From positions 213,156,001 to 213,220,000 of the forward strand of contig OX597815.1 in NCBI GenBank assembly GCA_951406725.2: DNA of 64,000 bases, read 5' to 3'. This stretch comes from Octopus vulgaris (Eukaryota). Made by a program: the position numbers and the translations under genes. The notes under the pieces were generated by a model, which saw only the letters and a list, made by a program, of their open reading frames with translations, did not search any database and was not told the origin of the DNA. Positions 28,077-37,408 of this stretch are shown here, piece by piece. Each line of letters starts with the position of its first letter. Position 1 is the stretch's first letter.

Positions 28077-28784
28077 TTTTCTTTTCCTTCCAAATTTCAA
28101 TATTTGTTAGAAAAACAGTTTAAAACCTTTGATAACAGCAAATTCTTCCAAGTATATTCCCACCAAATAGCAATGCAAATGAATTATCACTAAATTATAA
28201 TTCCACACTAAATTACTTCATATATTTTTTATTATCTAATGATGTGTTCTGTAGAAGAAATCTATTTCTTCTATTCAAAAATATTTACAAGACCCTCTAT
28301 CAGTATAATAAGAGATATTTATTGAAGCTAAAAATATCCTAGACTAAATATGGTTAATCATGGATCACATAATGCTTTTCAAAAATTAATCCATAGAGTA
28401 TCTAATTTCATTTTACTCAGTCTCTAATGTGATGAACTTAAATATTACAAAGAGAAATTACCCAATATAAAAACTATAACAAACTGAGGGAGAAATATAT
28501 TTGGAAACAGGCATGTGTTGATTACTGGACAGGCATCTCTTGTAGAAATGATAAACTTTATCTAATCCATGCAGGCATGGAAAAGATGTTAAAACGTGGA
28601 TGAGTATGATAAATTCAAGCAATATAAAGCTTTTAGACAGCAACTACAGGGTTTAGCACCACAAAACACTGCCCCAAAAACACCTTTTGGAAGCATGATA
28701 ACATAGAAAAGCAAACAAAAAACGACAATGAAAAATAATGAAGATTCAATGATAAACCAATACTGATGGCAACAGAATAAACAA

Positions 28785-28914
28785 ACATGTAGCACAGTTA
28801 GTATATACCAGTAACAATTAGATCATAGCCAGTCGATTACTAGCATGTGCATTTACTGTCCCTGACCACACGGCATAACAAATAAGAAAATATAAGTATG
28901 GGACATAGTTAGGG
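28785..28914 (-). ncRNA. H/ACA snoRNA-like copy
   Basis: 18894-type. Confidence 0.72.
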
Positions 28915-29264
28915 TTTTCTTTTCCTTCCAAATTTCAATTTTTGTTGGAAAATCAGTTTAAAACCTTTGATAACAGCAAATTCTTTCGAATATATTCCCA
29001 CCAAATAGCAATGCAAATGAACTATCACTAAATTATAATTCCACACTAAATTACTTCGTGTTTTTAATTATCTAATGATGTGTTCTGTAAAAACATTTAC
29101 AAGACCCTCTTTCAGTATGAGGAATGAAAATAAGAGATATTCATTGAAGCTAAAAATATTCTACAGGCTTAAGACATGAATCATGGATCACATGGAGATT
29201 TTCAAAAAATTAATCCATGGAGTATCTAATTTCATTTCACTCAGTCTGTATTGTGATGAACTTA

Positions 29265-29391
29265 ACATGTAGCACATTGAATAGTAACCAATAACAACAA
29301 GAATATATCCAGTAGGTTACTAGCAAGTGCATTTTTAATAGCACTTAACAATACAACATAACAAAATTTTTGTATGCTCTCAAAGTCAGGG
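29265..29391 (-). pseudogene. Diverged H/ACA copy with degraded H box and 5' stem
   Basis: ACA retained, no clean ANANNA, basal stem mismatched. Confidence 0.55.
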
Positions 29392-29727
29392 CTTCTTTCA
29401 ACTAACTTTATAACTGACACCAAGTGGAAAGAATGTGAGTGTATGTGTGTGTGTGTGTGTATATATATATGTATGTGTATGTGTTGTGTGTGTATGTATG
29501 TATGCAGGCTTGTTTTCATGTCTCAAGATTGTATGATAGTTGTGATTAAGTTTCATTTTCATGTAAACGACACCATTTGTATCCAGTTCTCCATGAAAAC
29601 ATGTCCAAAGAGGAACATTATATTTGGAAACATACAAGTGTTGATGACAGGATAGGCACCTGTTGCAGGTAACATTACAACTAATACAGATGGTCATAAT
29701 ATTACCTGCTGAGAACAGAATAAAATC

Positions 29728-29859
29728 ACATGTAGCACAGTTAGTGTATACCAGTAACAATGAGAATATAACCAACAGATTACTAGCATGTGCATTTACT
29801 ATCCCTAAACATTACGGCAAAACAAATAAGAAAATATATGTATGCTGTCAAAGTTAGGG
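29728..29859 (-). ncRNA. H/ACA snoRNA-like copy (CTTTGACA subfamily)
   Basis: H box ATAGTA, ACAtgt. Confidence 0.75.
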
Positions 29860-30169
29860 CTTCTTTTCCAAATTGTAATATTTGTAAGAAAAACAAAGGG
29901 CAAAAGTCTTTTAAATACATTTCTTACAATTTTCATTGTTTCTTTTCGTTTATTATCTAATGATAAAGAAATAATGATATGTTCAGTACAAGGAATACAA
30001 AAATATTCACTAGACTCTCCATCAGCATGAATAAAAAATGAAAATAAGGGATATTCATTGACAAAGATATTTTCCAGGCTAAATAAAACAAATCACCCAA
30101 TATAAAAGCTAGAATAAACCGTGGATGAGGAGTGAGTTACAAGAAAATGATAAAATACATAGTAATATG

Positions 30170-30442
30170 TGGAGGCGCAATGGCCTAGTGGTTAGGGCAG
30201 TGGACTCACGGTTTCGATTCCCAGACCGGGTGTTGTAAGTGTTTATTGAGCGAAAACACCTAAAAAGCTCCACGAGGCTCCGGCAGGGGTGGTGATCCCT
30301 GCTGTACTCTTTCACCACTCTTTCGTCAGTTGGCCTGCTCGCTTAGCCAGCGGGGTGGCGTCATTCGAAGGCTAAAACAATGCAAACGCATTGTGACCAG
30401 CGATGTGTAACTACATCTGATGGACTGGTCGGTCACGTGATG
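30170..30442 (+). mobile_element. tRNA-derived SINE with probable TSD
   Basis: TGGCCTAGTGG and GTTTCGATTCC boxes, flanked by ACATAGTAATAT/ACATAATAATAT. Confidence 0.75.
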
Positions 30443-30470
30443 ACATAATAATATTACTATGCAGTGACAA

Positions 30471-30600
30471 GCATGTAGCACCGAGTAGTCACCAGTAACA
30501 ACTAGAAGATGACCAGTAGATTACTAGCATGTGCATTTACTATCCCTAAACATTACGGCATAACAAATAAGAAAATATATGTATGCTGTCAAAGTTAGGG
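30471..30600 (-). ncRNA. H/ACA snoRNA-like copy (CTTTGACA subfamily)
   Basis: CCCTAA/TTAGGG stem, H box ATAGTA, GCAC/GTGC and CTAGTAA/TTACTGG stems, ACAtgc. Confidence 0.8.
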
Positions 30601-31405
30601 CTCTTCCCCCCACCAAATTTCAATGTTAGTAAAAAGGTTTAAACTTTAATAAGAGCAAAATCTGTTATTCTAATGAATGACAATTTAAGCTCCACATGAG
30701 CACTAAATCATTCCACATTATTCATTATCTATGATAGGTTCAGCAAAAGGAATTTATTTCTTCTATTCTACAATATTTACTGGACCCTCTGCAGGAAGAA
30801 TAAATGAAAATAGGGAATAGTCATTTGCAAAAAAAAAAAAAAAAAAAAAAGACTAAATAAGACAATGAATCATGGGTCACATAATGATTAACTCATTCTT
30901 TTATTTGCTCCAGTCATTTGACCATGGCCATGCTGGAGCACCACCTTTAGTCGAGCAAATCGACTGTAGGACTTATTCTCCCTAAGCCCAGTACCTATTC
31001 TATCGGTCTCTTTTGCTGAAGCGCTAAGTTACAGGGACGCAAACACACCAGCATTGGTTGTTAAGCGATGTTGGGAATGGGGGGGAAGAGACAGACACAG
31101 ACATATGCATATATATGACAGGCTTCTTTTCAGTTTCCGTCTACCAAATCCACTCACAACACTTTGGAAGGGCCGAGGCTATAGTAGAAGACACTTGCCC
31201 GAGGTGCCATGCAGTGGGACTGAACCTGGAACCATGTAGTTGGTAAACAAGCTATTTACCACACAGCCACTCTGATGAACTGAATTTTCAAGTTTACAAA
31301 GAAATATTACACAATATAAAATCTATAATCTGAGAGTAGAGAGCGTTTACAATAAAATCCACAAGAAAATGATCAATACATGGTAATACTACCATGTGGC
31401 GACAA

Positions 31406-31528
31406 ACATGTAGCACCGAGTAGTCACCAGTAACAACTAGAATATACCCAGTAGATTACTAGTAAGTGCATTTAATATCCCTAAACTATACGACATAACA
31501 AAATATTTGTATGCTCTCAAGGTCAGGG
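31406..31528 (-). ncRNA. H/ACA snoRNA-like copy (CCTTGAGA subfamily)
   Basis: H box ATATTA, ACAtgt. Confidence 0.75.
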
Positions 31529-32623
31529 TTTCTCTCAACACACTAAATGACTGACGCAAACTGGACTTAAATTCAAACCTTTTTTATCTCTCAGCATTTT
31601 AAAAATATAGAAAGAAAATAATTTCAATTTTACACTAGAAGACACTTTAAGCAATGGTAGTGAAAATCAAAGAAACTGAAAATAAAGAAACTTATGCACA
31701 CAAATGAAGCATTTGATACAATATTGTAAATATCCCAAACTTTTAAGAAATGATGCCAGGACACACAGAAATGAGATTAGGCAGGAATAGATTTTTAAAA
31801 ATACTCCTCTCTGAATATCTAAATAAAATTATGGCTGAGGAGACAAACACACTAGATATATGAAAGGTATAGTACTCCAATAGAATATCATATGAAACCA
31901 TTAAAGAAATATGCATTTATTATCTCAAAACATTCAGCCAAAATATGAAAATATATGTATGATTTAAAGACAAGGAATTTATATGTGAACCCCAAAATAT
32001 TCTATTAAAATGTCCTTGAATACAAATGATTTTTTACAATTATATAGCTCTGTGTTTTTCTTTTAGAAACAGCAATATTTTAGAGATTTTGATTTCAAAC
32101 AAATCTTTTTTAATAAACAACACAAATATGAAAGCAATAGTAATTTCTTCAAACTAAAACGAAAGTTAAAGGAATATAATACCAAAAATATTTACCAGAC
32201 TCTCAGTATAAAGAAATGAAAATAAAGGAATATTCATTTAGACAAAATAAAATTTACAGGCTAAATAAAATGTTAGCTAGCACAAAAAATGCATTCCATG
32301 GATCCTACAATCATCTTTGATGAAAGATTGATTCACTGAGTATCTAACATAGTTTTACACACCCTGTCTATTGTAATAAAGTTCACACAAATCAACATAA
32401 GTCCATTTTCATGCTGGCATTGGTTGGAGATTTGGACTGCAGCTGGCAACTCTCAAGACTGCCAAGCTCTCTATCTGCTTTGACATAGTTTTGTAGGGCT
32501 GGATGCCCCTTCCTCACACCAAAAATAAAATAATGCAACAAAGGTGATGGAGGTGTTACAATAAATTCTACAAGGCAATGATCAATAGCAGTCAGTACAC
32601 GGTCATATTACCATGTATCAATA

Positions 32624-32755
32624 AACTGTAGCACACTGAATAGTCACCAGTAACAACTAGAAGATGACCAGTAGATTACTAGCATGTGCATTTACTATCC
32701 CTAAACATTACGGCATAACAAATAAGAAAATATATGTATGCTGTCAAAGTTAGGG
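32624..32755 (-). ncRNA. H/ACA snoRNA-like copy (CTTTGACA subfamily)
   Basis: H box ATAGTA, ACAgtt. Confidence 0.8.
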
Positions 32756-32779
32756 GACTTTGTTGGCTAGACAATAGTA

Positions 32780-33955
32780 ATAATAATAAAAAAACAAAAA
32801 CAGTAGAATTTTGTTACCTGGATGACCTGAGCATGAGTGAATGCCAAAAAAAGATGGGGAAAAAGTTCAGGAAGTTACTGCAACTACTAACAAGGATTTT
32901 AATCTTACGGTGAAGGGAAACTGTATGTTTGTGTATAATATACACAAGCACAGTTGTGAAACAAGTATTGAATGGTGAGGATATATGAAGGCCGGAGAGA
33001 AAAAGTGGATTTAAGAGGAATTGGATGTAGTGTGCAAGAAGAGGCTTCATTGGAATAGGCATATATAAAACATATAGATAACAGTTTGGGGAAAGTGCCA
33101 AGATATCCAAGAGGAAGGCAGCTGTGGAAGACAAAAACCGAGGAAATATGGGTAGAAATGGAGGAAACTGATTTGATCTGGAAGAATGAACCCTCTAAAA
33201 AAAACACAACAAACAAGATGGAAAAGATTTGTTCAATTCATGCAAGCAAGGAAAATGGACAAAATGATTTCTAATAAGAAACAATGCTAACAAAGAATTC
33301 AGCAAGCAGGTAGAAGCAGTACAGAAGGACTCAGGTCTCAGCACAATTCTATTTATTTTCCTACTCCAAACCATAATAGAGGAATCTAATACTGTTTGTT
33401 AAAGTTCTCATACCTGAATTTTTTGAAGATAGAAGAAATTCCTAACACAGAAACAAAGCTTAGAAGCCAAAAGACCTTTATTTCAACCAAGCAAATCAAA
33501 AGTTTTAGTTAGCAGAGAAGAAGGCAACTTCTTTGCTACCTGGGAAATGGCCATGCTTGGTAAGCTTCCTTTATGTACCTAACAGCTTTTGCTACTTAGG
33601 TACCATTATTAGCAATGGTGGTGAGTGCTCTGAAAGCATAATAGCAAAAATAGTGGGTTCAAAGTTTAAGGAGCCACTGCTACTGTAGGCAACAAGATTC
33701 TTTGAGTAAAGGGTGGATTTTTGTGATATTTGTGTACAAGGTATGACGTTGCATGATAGCAAAATGTAGGTATGGAATGCAGATAAAATACAAAGGTAAC
33801 AAAGAAACGAGTTGAGTTGGATGTGTAATGTTAGTGCTTAAGAAAGGCAGAGTCCATAACAGAAGAGAGAAAAACTCAGAATTAACAAAACAAAAGTAGT
33901 GTGCAACAGAGAATACTCCACTGATGCAGACACAGAATGGTCAGGAAGTATCAAG
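32780..33955 (+). mobile_element. Old, decayed RTE LINE fragment
   Basis: Remnants of GKWPC, SFCYLG and LRVKG motifs, colinear with the 37409 element. Confidence 0.65.
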
Positions 33956-33956
33956 T

Positions 33957-34011
33957 ATTTACTATCCCTAAACAATGATGACATCTAACAAGGAAATATA
34001 TGTCAAAGTCA
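33957..34011 (-). pseudogene. 5'-hairpin-only remnant of the H/ACA unit (other half copies at about 20748, 23338, 25943)
   Basis: GACTTTGACA...TTTAGGGATAGTAAAT, then abuts decayed LINE sequence. Confidence 0.55.
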
Positions 34012-34060
34012 AAATCTGTCAAACTCCAGTATTTGTTGAGAAAGAAGTTGAAATACATAC

Positions 34061-34169
34061 CAAAAGCCTCTTTTGCTAATTTAAGGTCAGATTCTTCTTG
34101 AAGCTGCCTCCGCCGAAGTTTTTCAGCATTTGGATCTACTGGCGATTCAACTTCTTCACTTCTGGATTC
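34061..34169 (-). CDS. EIF3J: eIF3j exon 5 (ESRSEEVESPVDPNAEKLRRRQLQEESDLKLAKEAF)
   Basis: AAG acceptor, GTATGT donor, hallmark EKLR..LQEESDL.LAKE.FG motif. Confidence 0.95.
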
Positions 34170-36031
34170 CTTAAACGAAAATAAAAAAAATTAAAAAGTT
34201 TTTTTTAAAAATCTAATAAAAAAAGATAAAATTTTAAAATTCAACTTCAACCCATGAAATCCTATCAGGAGAGCTTGTGTTAAGCTATAATATCCTTGCC
34301 ACTAGGTAACAATACATAGGCTTTTTGACAGACAATTACAGTATCTTGGAATTATATACTTCCTGATAAAGCTTTATATTTTAATTTATATATTTACCAT
34401 AAAAAACTTTCTTGCACTGTCCAATTAAAAAGCTGCTTACAATCACTTGTTTTTAGTATTTTGGAGCCCTTTGTTCCCTGTTCATTAACAGAGACTACAA
34501 ATTCTGAAGACAAATTTGAAGACTTTTCACTTTCAGTATATTCAAAATATAAAGAGAAAATGTTTTACTGTTTGTAGATGAAACAAAGGTTAACAATTTT
34601 AGTTTTCAATAATAGTGATTATGAAATTACAAAAGGATATAATGTGAACCCAAACAAGAGTATGAAATGAAAGAGATTTTTTTAAAAAATACTTTTCTTT
34701 GCAGCATTTCCAATGGCAGGAAAATCAGCCAATATAAAAAAGGCTGATGAGAAGAATTGAGGGGGACATTTTCTAGATGAAACTATACATAGCTTGTTTT
34801 TGACCATACCACCTGGTTAATGGTATAGTTAAAAATTAGTATTTTTATGCACATTAATAGATATATAGCAAAAACCTACAAACCTATCGTGTTCTTAAGG
34901 TCAAAACTTACACTGTAAGAATAGAGAAGCATAACAAAGTTTAAGCAGAAGGATAAGATGCCTCTCTCAATACCAATCTTCACATTTTCAAGTAAAGTAC
35001 TGCATTTCACTGGTCTACACTGGTCTATAGAACTACTGCTGCTCATATACACACATATATTTTGGACTTCTGCAGCCTTTCCAGCAACTCTATTTCATTT
35101 ACAAGGCATTAGTCAACATGATGCTATGGCAGAAAATACTTACCCAAGAAGCTACACAATTTATGAAGCAGAAAAGCAGAAAACTACCCAGAAGGCAGAG
35201 TTTCAAGATGAGTGTGCATGTATATAATATCATTGTTTTAACATCCATTTATCCAGGTTTACAAAGGTCAAACAAATTTCATGGACATTTCAAAACTGGA
35301 TGATGTTTCTGTTTCCAGGTAAGGTAACATTTCTCCCACACTCCTTCCATTACAAACAGCACAGTGACTGGACATATTGCTTACAACTGGCGCACAATGT
35401 CAAGACAGGGACATATCTAATAAGCTTCTTCCTGTTTCTGTCAACAAAATCCAACTGCAAGGCTTTGGTTAACTTGAGGCTATGGTAGATGTTGAGTATT
35501 GAGACTGGCTCCAAAACCACACAGCTATGTTTATAAAAGAGAGGATGACTAATATCTTAATCTAATGGCACCTGCCACTCCTCACTCTAGCCCACTAATT
35601 CTGATTGTCTCAGTCTCTTTTCCCCAGCTTGCAACTGGTCTTGTGATAACTTCATCCTTCCACTCATATTCATTTTACTTCTCATAATACCATTCATTTT
35701 ATTTGTCCTTACACTACTCCATTAGCCTGGCAGCAAAATATGTAAATGATGCAAAATGTTACAGAGAGATGATCAAAGAAAATTGGAATTTATTCCATAT
35801 TTATTACTGAAAATTGTATAGAAATGTTAATATTGGAACATTGGGAAGTCTTTTGGTTATCACCAATTTGTGTTATCACATGAAAAAGGTTAAAAATAGA
35901 TTTGTTTAAAACTAAAATGTGCTCTACGAAATACAGAGAAGCAAGTAGGCTAAAAAAATATTAAATTGAAATATTACAGATTGATACCCTTTGAAGAAGA
36001 AAAACACAGACACACACAGAGAGTGACTTAC

Positions 36032-36120
36032 TTCATCTTTCAATTTTTCTTGTTGAGCTTCTTTTTCAGCTATGATTTCAGCTATGGGTCGTTTTTTCTT
36101 TTTTTGAAAAGCTCTAACAC
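36032..36120 (-). CDS. EIF3J: eIF3j exon 4 (SVRAFQKKKKRPIAEIIAEKEAQQEKLKDE)
   Basis: CTAAT branch point, pyrimidine tract, GAG acceptor, GTAAGT donor. The KKKK..I.EKE motif is typical of eIF3j. Confidence 0.88.
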
Positions 36121-36300
36121 CTCAGAAGAAAAAGAAAAATACAGAGACAATTAGAGTGTAAGTGAAAGAAAACAAAACAAAAATGTACATTGAACTATGA
36201 GTGGATTAATATATATATATATATTGAGGAAATATTACACTGAGTCTTATCAATTCCAATAACAAATTCATGTTAATACCTCTAACAGTTTAGTTCTATA

Positions 36301-36938
36301 TTAACCCACCTGTAGATGCCTGAAAAAAAATTTGGCTTCTGTTATCAAAACACCTGTAACCACCCAAAATTACCCTATTCATATTTTAATGTGAATTTCA
36401 ATGTGAATCTTGTTAGTACATTCATTAAAATATGATTACCCTATGTAAACAATTGCTTACGCTCTCCAACATTTTACATGATAGCTGAATGCTACAAATT
36501 TTTGGAGATTTTTCTCCCCCCCTTCCATTTTGACTTTCTGAAATGATTTTGAAAGAAAACAGAAAAATCTAAAAAAAAACATATGGCAAACATAAAACCC
36601 ACATGTGTCATTGTGAATCACATGTTGCTATTGCGAAAAGTGACACAATTCGGTGAGACAAATCCAATAATTTGCAGAAGTCCTAGATTAAAACTTTGGT
36701 TGTAGTCTCACTGGATGTTAGCTAATAACCCATTTCCAGACTGATGGTTAAATAAAATTATTTTATGTTTTGTTGAGTTTACCAGTATTTACCTGCAATT
36801 AGATTCACTTTGAGACAAAAATTATGTAACAGATTTGGTTAAGAAATTTTTGTTAAATTGTATTCCAAAAATCACATTAATAGAAGAGTTGTTTTATGAA
36901 ATCCATGATTATTTTAGAATAAGGGAACGAATGGGTTA
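36301..36938. mobile_element. Possible piggyBac-like non-autonomous element
   Basis: TTAACCCA ... TGGGTTAA ends, internal hairpins at 36604-36713. Confidence 0.45.
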
Positions 36939-37041
36939 ATAAAGTATATATGAGCACAGATAGCTACAAACATTGAAAATATATATATTCCTATAAATAT
37001 TAAATTCATTATAAAAGTCTATAAGCAAGAAATCAACTTAC

Positions 37042-37102
37042 TAGTTGCCGTTTCCTCAGGTTTTACATCTTTCTTTTCATCTTCATCATCCTCCCAATTA
37101 TC
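37042..37102 (-). CDS. EIF3J: eIF3j exon 3 (DNWEDDEDEKKDVKPEETAT)
   Basis: TTTTCATAG acceptor, GTAAGT donor, phase matches neighbouring exons. Confidence 0.92.
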
Positions 37103-37408
37103 CTATGAAAACAAAAAAATATTCAAGGGATATTTAAAACAAAAGTATGTTCATAATTTGAAAGCATCTTTCATTAAGAGCTGATCATAAAATTAAGATT
37201 TAATTAGATTTTCTTTTCGAGAACATGCCATTTCAATTTTGTAAATACACAAGACATTGACCAACAACTTTCATTTTTTTTATTACTGATTCCCTATAAT
37301 CACATAAGTACCTCAGTTAGTACATAAAATGTTAAACAATTCCTAGATACAAAAACTATCCCAGAATCTTATGGTTAATTATACCAATATGCAAACAATT
37401 ATATTGTC

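Larger units (their letters stand above)
18560..29260. repeat. Tandem array B: 2604/2605-bp higher-order unit containing an 837-bp subunit
   Basis: ORF periods 21706-24311-26915 and 23078-25683; subunit periods 21706-22543 and 27621-28458. Confidence 0.95.

Noticed and set aside
10874-29260. CRISPR-like or simple satellite interpretation of the arrays
   Set aside because: The context is a eukaryotic intron, the units are 0.8-2.6 kb, and the spacers are themselves duplicated. There are no short repeats with unique spacers and no cas genes.
10854-29857. Many recurring 60-128 aa ORFs in the arrays, as a possible tandem peptide gene family
   Set aside because: They overlap on both strands, many start at non-ATG codons, they have no domain, and they recur only because the DNA is duplicated. 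Indels between copies break their frames.
30170-30240. tRNA gene (also considered at about 3830-3900 and 61512-61562)
   Set aside because: A and B boxes are present, but there is no complete cloverleaf and a SINE body follows. These are SINE heads.
10181-32755. miRNA cluster interpretation of the repeated hairpins
   Set aside because: The hairpins have large internal loops and come in pairs with ANANNA and ACA boxes at canonical spacing, which fits H/ACA better. snoRNA-derived small RNAs are not excluded.
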